A stretch of DNA of 64,000 bases from an uncultured Acidobacteriota bacterium (GTDB lineage: Bacteria > Acidobacteriota > Terriglobia > Acidiferrales > UBA7541), in NCBI GenBank assembly GCA_963786205.1, contig CAWAYG010000005.1, positions 1,082,826 to 1,146,825 on the forward strand, in the 5' to 3' direction. Positions 56,041-64,000 of this stretch are shown in pieces (position 1 is the first letter of the stretch; the number at the start of each line of letters is the position of its first letter). Position numbers and translations under genes: made by a program. The notes below the pieces were generated by a model. It did no database searches, had not been told where the DNA came from, and worked only from the letters and a program-made list of their open reading frames with translations.

Positions 56041-59000
56041 ATGCCGAAACGGACTGACATCAAGAAGATTATGATCATCGGCTCGGGGCCGATCATTATT
56101 GGGCAGGCCTGCGAGTTCGATTACTCGGGGACGCAAGCGTGCAAGGCTCTGCGTTCCGAGGGCTACGAGGTCGTCCTGGTGAATTCGAATCCAGCCACGA
56201 TCATGACGGACCCGGAAATTGCGGACCGCACTTATATTGAGCCACTCGCGAAAGAATATCTGGAAGCGATCATTGCGGCGGAGCGGCCGGACGCGCTGCT
56301 GCCGACTGTGGGTGGACAGACTGGGTTGAATCTTGCTGTGGAGCTGGCAGAAGCCGGCATCCTTGCGAAATATGACGTGGAACTGATTGGCGCGTCGCTT
56401 GCCGCGATTAAAATCGCCGAGGATCGGCTGCTGTTCAAGGAAGTTTGCCGCAAGATTGGGCTCGAGGTTCCGGCGTCCGAAGTTGTGACGAGCGTTCCGG
56501 AAGCGATACAGCTTGCCGACCAGCTCGGGTATCCCGTGGTGATTCGCCCGTCGTTCACGCTGGGCGGCACCGGCGGATCGATTGCTTACAACCATGAAGA
56601 ATTTGCGGACTTGATCGCGCGGGCGCTGGATGCGAGCCCGGCGCATCAGGCCTTGATCGAAGAATCGGTGCTCGGCTGGAAGGAATTCGAGCTGGAAGTG
56701 ATGCGCGACCACCGCGACAACTTCGTGGTGATCTGCTCGATCGAAAATTTTGACCCGATGGGGATTCACACCGGCGATTCGATCACGGTGGCGCCGGCGC
56801 AGACGCTTACGGACAAGGAATATCAGCGCATGCGCGACGCGGCCGCTGCGATTATTCGCGCAGTGGGAGTTGAGACCGGTGGGTCCAACATACAATTCGC
56901 GGTGGACCCGGCATCGGGGCGCATGACCGTGATCGAAATGAATCCGCGGGTTTCGCGCAGTTCGGCGCTCGCGAGCAAGGCGACCGGTTTTCCGATCGCG
57001 AAAATTGCGGCGAAACTGGCCGTGGGCATGACGCTCGACGAAATCCCTAACGACATCACCAAGAAGACCCCGTGCTCTTTTGAGCCGACTATTGATTACG
57101 TGGTGGCGAAAATTCCGAAGTGGCAATTCGAAAAATTTCCCGGCAGCGATACGACACTCACCACGCAGATGAAATCCGTGGGCGAAGTGATGGCTATCGG
57201 CCGCAACTTCCAGGAAGCTCTGTGCAAGGCGATTCGGTCGCTCGAGCCGAGTTCGGCGTGGCGCCCTCCGGCGGAAGTGACGACCGTGCTGCTGCGCGAA
57301 AAATTGCACGTGCCGGGGCCAGACCGTTTGCACTGGCTGTTTGAGGCGCTGGAGCGAGGGATGTCCAGCGAAGAAGTTTGCGATCTCACCAAGATTGATC
57401 CGTGGTTCATCCGGCAGTTGCAGGAAATGCTGGCGGTCGATCAGCGTGTGGCGGCGACGACGCTGGGCAAATGTTCGCCGGAATTGCTGTTGGAATCGAA
57501 GCGTTCGGGCGCGAGCGACGAAGAAATCGCGAAACTCTGGGGAGTGAAAGCGGCGAGCGTGCGCGCGCGGCGCAAAGAGTTGGGCGTGCAGCCCGTTTTC
57601 AAACGCGTGGATACGTGCGCGGCGGAATTCGAATCGTTTACGCCGTATCTTTATTCCACTTACGAAGAGGAAGACGAATCGGGAGCGGTGGATCGGCCGA
57701 AAGTAGTGATTCTGGGCAGCGGGCCGAATCGCATCGGGCAGGGAATTGAATTCGATTATTGCTGCTGCCACGCGGCGTTCGCGTTGAAAGAGGATGGCTA
57801 CGAAACGGTGATGGTGAATTGCAATCCGGAAACTGTTTCGACGGATTACGACACTTCCGACCGCCTTTATTTCGAGCCGCTAACTTTGGAAGATGTGCTG
57901 GCAATTCTCGACCGCGAAAAGCCGCAGGGCGTGATCGTGCAATTCGGTGGGCAGACGCCGTTGAACTTGGCGCTGGAGCTGAAGCAGAACGGCGCAAAGA
58001 TTATTGGCACCGCGCCGGAGTCAATTGACCTGGCGGAAGACCGCCGTCGCTTCGGTGGATTGCTGGACGAGTTGCGCATCCCGCAGCCGCGCAATGGTAC
58101 TGCGCTGGCGCCACAGGAAGCGGTGAAACTCGCGAGCGAAATTGGCTTGCCGGTGCTGGTGCGGCCGAGCTACGTGCTGGGCGGGCGTGCGATGGTGATT
58201 GCTTACGATTTGAAGACCGTCGAGGAATATGTGGCGCAAGCGGCGCTCATCGGTTCCGGCACCGATCCGAAGCGGCCGATTTTGATTGACCAATTTCTGG
58301 AGGACGCGACGGAAGTGGACGTGGACGCTCTCGCGGATGGCGAAGACGTGCTGATCGCGGGAATCATGGAGCACATCGAGGAGGCCGGGATTCACTCCGG
58401 CGATTCTTCGTGCGTGCTGCCGTCGGTGACGCTGAAGCCTTCGGTGCTGGAGCGCATACGCGATTACACTTCGCGGCTGGCGCGGGCGCTGAAAGTGGTG
58501 GGGCTGATGAACGTGCAGTATGCGATTCAGCGCGACACGGTTTACGTGCTCGAAGTGAATCCGCGGGCTTCGCGCACGATTCCGTATGTGAGCAAAGCGA
58601 CGGGAGTGCCGCTGGCGAAAGTGGCGGCGCGATTGATGACGGGGCGAAAGTTGCGCGATTTGCATTTGCCTTACACCGAAACCAACGGCATTAAGGAACT
58701 CGCAGTGCGGAATTTCTACGCGGTGAAGTCTCCCGTGTTTCCGTTCAACAAGTTTCGCGGGGTGGATACGATTCTGGGGCCGGAGATGCGCTCGACGGGC
58801 GAGGTCATGGGAATTTCCTCAACTTTTGGCTTGGCCTTTGCCAAAGCGCAACTTGCCGCGGGGCAGCGTTTGCCGCGTGAGGGGACGGTGTTCCTCAGCG
58901 TGAACGATCATGACAAGCGGCACGTGGCATTCGTCGTGCAGGATTTGCTCGCGGCAGGGTTGAAGGTCGTGGCCACGCGCGGGACGGCGGCGGCGCTTGC

Positions 59001-59307
59001 GAGCGCGGGGATCGAAGTGGAATCTGTGTACAAGGTGAATGAGGGGCGGCCGAACATTGTGGATTTGATCAAGACGGCGAAAGTGAATTTGGTGATCAAC
59101 ACGCCTTTGGGGCGCGAATCTTTTTACGACGAGAAATCCATTCGTCGCGCGGCGATTCGTTACAACATTCCGTGCATTACTACTCTCTCGGCGGCCAGTG
59201 CGGCGGCGCGGGGGATGCGGGCCGTGGCGGGGCACGGGGCGGATGTGGCGGCGCTACAGGATTTGCATCGACGGACCTCGGCGGCTTCTGCGCCCGCGGA
59301 GAAGTAG
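56041..59307 (+). CDS. carB: carbamoyl-phosphate synthase large subunit
   Basis: 1088 aa. [33 protein letters not shown], duplicated ATP-grasp halves and an MGS-like C-terminal domain. Confidence 0.97.
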   Translation: MPKRTDIKKIMIIGSGPIIIGQACEFDYSGTQACKALRSEGYEVVLVNSNPATIMTDPEIADRTYIEPLAKEYLEAIIAAERPDALLPTVGGQTGLNLAVELAEAGILAKYDVELIGASLAAIKIAEDRLLFKEVCRKIGLEVPASEVVTSVPEAIQLADQLGYPVVIRPSFTLGGTGGSIAYNHEEFADLIARALDASPAHQALIEESVLGWKEFELEVMRDHRDNFVVICSIENFDPMGIHTGDSITVAPAQTLTDKEYQRMRDAAAAIIRAVGVETGGSNIQFAVDPASGRMTVIEMNPRVSRSSALASKATGFPIAKIAAKLAVGMTLDEIPNDITKKTPCSFEPTIDYVVAKIPKWQFEKFPGSDTTLTTQMKSVGEVMAIGRNFQEALCKAIRSLEPSSAWRPPAEVTTVLLREKLHVPGPDRLHWLFEALERGMSSEEVCDLTKIDPWFIRQLQEMLAVDQRVAATTLGKCSPELLLESKRSGASDEEIAKLWGVKAASVRARRKELGVQPVFKRVDTCAAEFESFTPYLYSTYEEEDESGAVDRPKVVILGSGPNRIGQGIEFDYCCCHAAFALKEDGYETVMVNCNPETVSTDYDTSDRLYFEPLTLEDVLAILDREKPQGVIVQFGGQTPLNLALELKQNGAKIIGTAPESIDLAEDRRRFGGLLDELRIPQPRNGTALAPQEAVKLASEIGLPVLVRPSYVLGGRAMVIAYDLKTVEEYVAQAALIGSGTDPKRPILIDQFLEDATEVDVDALADGEDVLIAGIMEHIEEAGIHSGDSSCVLPSVTLKPSVLERIRDYTSRLARALKVVGLMNVQYAIQRDTVYVLEVNPRASRTIPYVSKATGVPLAKVAARLMTGRKLRDLHLPYTETNGIKELAVRNFYAVKSPVFPFNKFRGVDTILGPEMRSTGEVMGISSTFGLAFAKAQLAAGQRLPREGTVFLSVNDHDKRHVAFVVQDLLAAGLKVVATRGTAAALASAGIEVESVYKVNEGRPNIVDLIKTAKVNLVINTPLGRESFYDEKSIRRAAIRYNIPCITTLSAASAAARGMRAVAGHGADVAALQDLHRRTSAASAPAEK

Positions 59308-59326
59308 TTCTGCGCGGGTTGTGGTT

Positions 59327-59377
59327 TTCTCTGCGTCTCTGCGGTGTATGCTTTTTCTTTCTCTGTGTACTCTGTGT
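59327..59377 (-). repeat. CAGAGG tandem-motif repeat (inverted copy)
   Basis: See 53903-53963. The two copies bracket lepB-carA-carB in inverted orientation. Confidence 0.6.
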
Positions 59378-59436
59378 TAAGGCTTTTCCGGAAGAGCTGT
59401 GTGTTTGCTCTTGGATGCTCCGGTGTTTGATATAAA

Positions 59437-60345
59437 ATGACCCTTATGAAACTTCACGGAATCTTTGCACCGCTTACCACGCCTTTTGACGCCGAGGGCA
59501 ACGTCGCGCTCGGCCAAGTCCGCAACAATGTGGCGCTTTACAACAAGACGAAGCTTGCGGGCTATGTGCCGAATGGCTCGACCAGCGAATCAGTCCTGCT
59601 GCTATGGGAAGAGGTTTACAAAGTCTGGGAAGCGGTGCGCGATGCCGCGGCACCCAACAAAATTCTGATCGCCGGCACCGGCGCGGAATCCACAGCGGAA
59701 ACCATCGAGCACACCAATCGCGCGGCACGAATTGGGTATTCGGTGGCACTGGTGCGCACGCCAAGCTTTTACAAGCCTTCGATCAACGACCACATGCTCG
59801 CCGAACACTATCTGCGTGTAGCGGACGCCGCGCGCATTCCGATGATGGTGTATTCGGTTCCGGTTTTCACGCACGTCACCGTGGAAGCTTCGCTCGTCGC
59901 GCGTGTGGCAAAGCACCCCAACATTATTGGTATGAAGGATAGCTCCGGCGATATGAAGGGCATTGCTGCGATCATCGCCGCGGCGCCCAAAGAATTTCAG
60001 ACGCTGACGGGCTCGGCGTCGACGCTCTACGAAGCGCTCGAATTGGGCGCGGTGGGCGCCATATTGGGGCTGGCGGACGTGTTCCCGGATCTGTGCGCGG
60101 AAATTTACGAAGCGGCCAGCGCGGGTGATCGCGCGAAGGCTCAGACGCTCGCGCAAAAGCTGGTGCCGCCAGCGAAAATGCTGCTGATGGATTACGGCAT
60201 CGGCGGGCTGAAATACGCGCAGGATCGCATGGGTTTCTTCGGCGGCCTGCCGCGGCTGCCACTGCAAGGCGTAAGCGACGAGGGCAAGCTGGAAATCGAC
60301 CAGATGTTGGCGAATCTTATCTCCCAGCCAGCGCATCATTTGTAG
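59437..60345 (+). CDS. dihydrodipicolinate synthase (DapA/NAL) family lyase
   Basis: 302 aa. GIFAPLTTPF, GSTSE, a TGAEST-like segment and the Schiff-base lysine context IIGMKDSSGD. Substrate not assignable by eye. Confidence 0.8.
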   Translation: MTLMKLHGIFAPLTTPFDAEGNVALGQVRNNVALYNKTKLAGYVPNGSTSESVLLLWEEVYKVWEAVRDAAAPNKILIAGTGAESTAETIEHTNRAARIGYSVALVRTPSFYKPSINDHMLAEHYLRVADAARIPMMVYSVPVFTHVTVEASLVARVAKHPNIIGMKDSSGDMKGIAAIIAAAPKEFQTLTGSASTLYEALELGAVGAILGLADVFPDLCAEIYEAASAGDRAKAQTLAQKLVPPAKMLLMDYGIGGLKYAQDRMGFFGGLPRLPLQGVSDEGKLEIDQMLANLISQPAHHL

Positions 60346-60546
60346 CAGCGATTTGCGGTTGCTTGGGGCGCGCTGGGAGGACGTTATTCGCACGATTTGC
60401 CCGAATGCAGGTTATTTGTGCGTAATTGCGCGGCCAAATTGGCGCTTCGTTTCGCGCTGTTGCTGTTGTCTGATCAAATTCTCCGCTGCTTGCATTCGTG
60501 ATTCTGCTTCCTTCGCCGATTGCTGCTTCTCAGGGCCGCGTGTATC

Positions 60547-62244
60547 ATGAACCCCTCGATGGAGTCTCTCTGTCTTTCCTTCCGCGATATTCCCCAGACA
60601 TCCAAAATATTCTCTACGTTCCTGGAGGATTTTGGCCGCGTGGCGAAGTATTACGGGCACGCGCCTTCGATTGGGGGCGTGACCGCAGCGGCGAAGGAAG
60701 TGGAGATTGATCCGTCGGTGCGCGCGGGTGTTGTGGAAGTGCTGCGCGAACAAAATCTGAAATTTGGCGGAGCGGCGACGCTGGACGCGGCGATCGCGCG
60801 CAACCTGGAACGACTGGCGAATGGCGCGGTGGCGATTGTTACCGGGCAGCAGGTGGGGCTTTTTACTGGGCCGGCTTACAGTTTGTATAAGGCGATCACG
60901 GCGGCGGCTTGTGCTGAAGAGCTTACCAGGCGCGGGGTAGACGCCGTGCCGGTCTTTTGGCTGGCGACCGAAGATCACGACCTTGCGGAAATCAATCACG
61001 CTTCGTGGACCACGCGCACGGGATTAGCGGAATTTATTTTGCCCGGCAAGCCGGAGGACGAAGGGCACCGCGTGGGAGAAATTGCGCTGGGTGCGCCAAT
61101 CACAGCGTCGGTGGTGACGGCGATGGATACTCTCGAAGGCCCTTACGCCGCCGAAGTGGCGCGGGCGCTGCGGGAATCTTACACGCCGGAAGATACGTAC
61201 GGCTCAGCTTTCGGGAAATTAATGACGCGGTTGGTCGCAGGTCGAGGAATCATTTTTCTCGATCCGCTGGATTCGCGATTGCATCAATTTGCGAGAGGGA
61301 TTTACAGGCGTGCGCTGGATGATGCCGAGCCGCTGGGCGATGCGCTGCTGGCGCGGTCGAAAGAGCTCGAACGCGGAGGATTTCACGCGCAGGTGAAAGT
61401 GACGCGCGAATCCACGCTGCTTTTTTACAATGTGGATGGCGTGCGCCAGCCGCTGCGGCGTCGCGGCGAGAAATTCCACGCCGGTGCGGCCAGCTTTTCG
61501 CTGGAGGAACTCCGCGCAGCGATTGAAAAAACGCCGGAAGCTTTCACGCCGAATGTGCTGCTGCGCCCGGTGGTACAGGACACGCTGCTGCCTACGGCTG
61601 CTTATGTCGGCGGGCCTGCCGAGATTGCTTATATGGCGCAAGTGCAGGTGGTTTACAAGGATTTGCTGGGGCGCATGCCTGCGATTTTGCCGCGGGCGAG
61701 TTTTACTTTAGTCGAGCCACCGATCGCGCGGCTCTTGAAAAAATACGGGCTGGATTTTCGCGATGTGATGCGCGGACGTCAGCACTTGCGCGGACGGATG
61801 GAAATGAAATCGTTGCCGCGCGCGCTGGCCGGACGTTTTGCGGCGGATGAAAAGGCGCTGGGTCGGCTGTTACAGGCTTACCGCAAGCCGCTTGTGCATC
61901 TGGACCGCACGTTGACCGGCGCACTCGAATCCGTCGAGAAGAAAATTCTGCATCAGTTTTTGAAGCTGAAGGGGAAGGCAGGGCGCGCAGAGAATTTTCG
62001 CACGGGGATTTTGGATCGGCACGAGCGGATCCTAGTGGACGCGCTTTACCCGCATCGCGATTTGCAGGAACGCATGCTTTCGTCATTGCCGGCGCTGGCT
62101 GCGTACGGGCCGGAGTTGCTGGATGATTTGGCCAGCGTGTCAGTGATCAGCGGATCGGACGTCGAGCCGGTTGTTAGCGCAGACGATGAAGCGCCGGCGA
62201 AGGCGCAGCCGTGCTCGCACCAGCATCATGTTTTGTTCATGTGA
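60547..62244 (+). CDS. bshC: bacillithiol biosynthesis cysteine-adding enzyme BshC
   Basis: About 565 aa. IVTGQQVGLFTGPAYSLYKAITAAA is the conserved BshC motif, and there is a C-terminal coiled-coil region. I prefer the ATG at 60547. Confidence 0.8.
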   Translation: MNPSMESLCLSFRDIPQTSKIFSTFLEDFGRVAKYYGHAPSIGGVTAAAKEVEIDPSVRAGVVEVLREQNLKFGGAATLDAAIARNLERLANGAVAIVTGQQVGLFTGPAYSLYKAITAAACAEELTRRGVDAVPVFWLATEDHDLAEINHASWTTRTGLAEFILPGKPEDEGHRVGEIALGAPITASVVTAMDTLEGPYAAEVARALRESYTPEDTYGSAFGKLMTRLVAGRGIIFLDPLDSRLHQFARGIYRRALDDAEPLGDALLARSKELERGGFHAQVKVTRESTLLFYNVDGVRQPLRRRGEKFHAGAASFSLEELRAAIEKTPEAFTPNVLLRPVVQDTLLPTAAYVGGPAEIAYMAQVQVVYKDLLGRMPAILPRASFTLVEPPIARLLKKYGLDFRDVMRGRQHLRGRMEMKSLPRALAGRFAADEKALGRLLQAYRKPLVHLDRTLTGALESVEKKILHQFLKLKGKAGRAENFRTGILDRHERILVDALYPHRDLQERMLSSLPALAAYGPELLDDLASVSVISGSDVEPVVSADDEAPAKAQPCSHQHHVLFM

Positions 62245-62257
62245 TCGCGCGTGCTCG

Positions 62258-63025
62258 TTACGGCACGAGGAACAGCCTCTTCAGCTGCTCGAGGTCTGCG
62301 TAGGCAGTGTCCGAGACCGCGGTGAAGGTAAAACCGTTTTGTTGCCAGGCTACCCAGTGATAACCCTGTAGTTCACCTGAACTATCCGACGCGTCGCCCG
62401 GCTGCGTCTTCGTTACGAACACATTCACGATGTGTTTTCTGCACCCGTAGACCAGCGCGGCTGCGGTGCGTCCGTCCAGCACGTCGAGGCGACCGCCGAC
62501 CAGCGGGAATCCATCGTTCGCAAAATCGCGGACGGGCGGCGCGAAATCGATTTTGCCGTCGAACCACGGCTTTACGGTGTGCTGGTCCGTCGAGATCACG
62601 TCTTCCAGGTGTCCGGGCTGCAGTGAGCGGAGATGTGCGTCCACGATCACGGCGGCCATGGCCTGTTGTTGCGAGTGGCGATTCAATTTTTCCATGTACT
62701 GCGTGCCGAGGAGCACGGCAAGGATCACCGAGGCCGCGATGGCGAGCCAACGCCAAGAATCTGCGGCCGAAGGCTTGGGATCCTTCAACGGAGGCGGCAC
62801 CGCAGCTTTTGGCAAACTGTTTTGCAGGCTTTTTCGCAAGTTTTCTGGCGCGCGCGAGTAGAGTTGCGCCCCGGCGAGTGCGGAACGAAGTTTTTCCTCG
62901 GTTGCCAGGCGTGTTTCGCAATCGGGACACGATTCCAGATGGCGCTCGAACTCAGCGGCGCCCATAGCGTCGAGTTCGCCGTCGAAATAAGCGTGCAGGC
63001 GCGTTTGCGAAAGCTCACAAGTCAC
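62258..63025 (-). CDS. membrane anti-sigma factor with zf-HC2 (H-x3-C-x2-C) domain
   Basis: 255 aa. LHAYFDGELDAMGAAEFERHLESCPDCETRL, one TM helix (WRWLAIAASVILAVLLG) and an extracytoplasmic domain. It overlaps the sigma gene by 11 nt. Confidence 0.85.
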   Translation of the reverse strand: MTCELSQTRLHAYFDGELDAMGAAEFERHLESCPDCETRLATEEKLRSALAGAQLYSRAPENLRKSLQNSLPKAAVPPPLKDPKPSAADSWRWLAIAASVILAVLLGTQYMEKLNRHSQQQAMAAVIVDAHLRSLQPGHLEDVISTDQHTVKPWFDGKIDFAPPVRDFANDGFPLVGGRLDVLDGRTAAALVYGCRKHIVNVFVTKTQPGDASDSSGELQGYHWVAWQQNGFTFTAVSDTAYADLEQLKRLFLVP

Positions 63026-63548
63026 GGTTGCCCCCCTTCGGAACAGGCTCGGTCAATAGAGTGCGCAATTGCTGACGCGCGCGAGCGAGCGCGGACATCA
63101 CCGTGCCGATCGGACGCGTAGTGATGGCGGCGATTTCTTTGTATGAGCAGCCTTCGAGTTCGCGCAGGACGATGATTTCGCGAAAATGCGCGGGCAAGTC
63201 TTCGAGCGCGCGTTGCAAGCGCTCGCGGTCGTGGATGGCCATCGCCAGCGATTCGGGATTTTCAGTTTTTCGCGGCATGGTCTGTTCGTCGAACTCCGTC
63301 ATTTCCTCAGCCACGTGATTCTGTTGCAGCCATGTGAAGCAACAATTGCGCACGATCTGCAGCAGCCAGGCGCGCGCGTTGCCCGTCTGAAACGCGCCGA
63401 AGGAACGGTACGCGCGCAGGAAGGCCTCCTGCGTCACGTCTTCAGCTTGCGCGCGGCCACGCAAGATCCAGCGCGCCAGATTGTAAGCGGCGTCGCGATG
63501 GGGCATTACGTCTGCCTCGAAGCGCGCGCGGTCTTCCCGCTCTAACAC
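63015..63548 (-). CDS. ECF-type RNA polymerase sigma-70 family factor
   Basis: 177 aa, GTG start. Region 2 is DVTQEAFLRAYRSF and region 4 is LRELEGCSYKEIAAITTRPIGTVMSALARAR. Confidence 0.9.
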   Translation of the reverse strand: MLEREDRARFEADVMPHRDAAYNLARWILRGRAQAEDVTQEAFLRAYRSFGAFQTGNARAWLLQIVRNCCFTWLQQNHVAEEMTEFDEQTMPRKTENPESLAMAIHDRERLQRALEDLPAHFREIIVLRELEGCSYKEIAAITTRPIGTVMSALARARQQLRTLLTEPVPKGGNRDL

Positions 63549-63598
63549 GTCCAGCCCTTTTTACAGCTCCACAATAGAGGTAACTGCGGTGGGAGTAA

Positions 63599-63680
63599 TT
63601 TTATTCCCACCGGAGGCGATTTTCTTAAAAAAGAATGGATCGTCTCGCCCGGGAATAAAACCGCCCTTGCGCTGGTCTTG
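63599..63680. promoter_or_regulatory. divergent ECF-type promoter pair
   Basis: GGGAATAAAA occurs on the complement at 63599-63608, followed by N14 then GTTAC, 31 nt before the sigma GTG. It also occurs on the + strand at 63651-63660, followed by N14 then GTCTT, about 125 nt before the ATG at 63804. Confidence 0.4.
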
Positions 63681-63803
63681 CACAGTGAACACGTCCACAG
63701 GTGGCGCGTTGCTCGAGTGCGAAGCGGGCGCGCGCCACTCTTAAGAGCGTGGGCGGTGCGGGACGCTAGAGGTTTTGCAGCCGAGGGGCTGAGGAGGCAG
63801 CAA

Positions 63804-64000
63804 ATGTCGCAAAACAAGAAGGATGAAATTTTGCACGACCATAACCACGACGGAATTGACCGGCGCGGCTTTCTGAAGTGCATGGCGTGGGCGGGAACCG
63901 GCGCGCTGTGCGTGATGCAGGGCGGGGTGCTGAAGTCTTACAGCATGAGCCGCGTGAACGAATGGAACGCCGCGAAGATGGCCGGCGAGTTGAGCTTCGC
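63804..64000 (+). CDS. Tat-signal exported protein, N-terminal fragment (continues beyond right edge), possibly a metallophosphoesterase
   Basis: The ATG lies 8 nt after GAGGAGG. MSQNKKDEILHDHNHDGIDRRGFLKCMAWAGTGALCV contains a twin-arginine motif. The frame stays open to the window end. The phosphoesterase guess rests only on the ...GELSF ending and is weak. Confidence 0.6.
   Translation, partial: MSQNKKDEILHDHNHDGIDRRGFLKCMAWAGTGALCVMQGGVLKSYSMSRVNEWNAAKMAGELSF

Noticed and set aside
55894-57771. 625-aa minus-strand ORF
   Set aside because: It is antisense to carB, whose identity is unambiguous. The Arg-rich low-complexity translation is an artefact of GC-rich codon bias.
1-64000. CRISPR arrays, rRNA genes, prophage or defence-island signatures
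   Set aside because: I noticed no regularly spaced direct repeats, rRNA-like sequence, integrase, capsid or terminase genes, or recognisable restriction, abortive-infection or reverse-transcriptase genes. The only tandem-like repeats are coding low-complexity regions (pilQ linker, Gly-rich protein, carA Ala-rich linker) and short REP-type motifs.

Overview
High-GC (~60%) bacterial chromosomal segment. Gene content and several small intergenic repeat families suggest an Acidobacteriota-like soil bacterium, but that is inference only. I can support about 50 protein genes, one tRNA, one IS element and several repeat or hairpin families. Left to right: a DUF72 gene; a two-subunit molybdenum hydroxylase; a large secreted HExxH protein; a heavily decayed sensor kinase; tRNA-Gly(CCC); a ten-gene translationally coupled membrane operon (8723-18436); YciI; an orphan cpaE/tadZ remnant; a UbiD-family decarboxylase; pilMNOPQ; Xaa-Pro aminopeptidase-accB-accC; thiE; an APC permease; a HAMP-PP2C phosphatase; several oxidoreductases; a CPBP protease; small stress-like proteins; a frameshifted aldehyde dehydrogenase; a membrane MutS-related ATPase bracketed by direct repeats; an IS5/IS1182-like element; an M1 peptidase; hrcA-grpE-dnaJ; rsmE; lepB-carA-carB; a DapA-family gene; bshC; and an ECF sigma/anti-sigma pair. 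The best candidate for an undescribed system is the ten-gene operon. It is built around MoxR-DUF58 with DUF4129, DUF4350, SpoIIM-like and two RDD proteins, and is headed by membrane proteins carrying zinc ribbons and two paralogous B-box-type zinc fingers. All of these families lack an assigned role. Other points worth a second look are: an unusual number of frame disruptions; carA having no canonical in-frame start; a duplicated promoter-like element, one copy in front of a strongly structured non-coding stretch; and divergent ECF-type promoters sharing an identical -35-like box. Everything here was read by eye from the sequence and ORF track. No searches were run, so all family calls rest on motifs and need HMM/BLAST confirmation.
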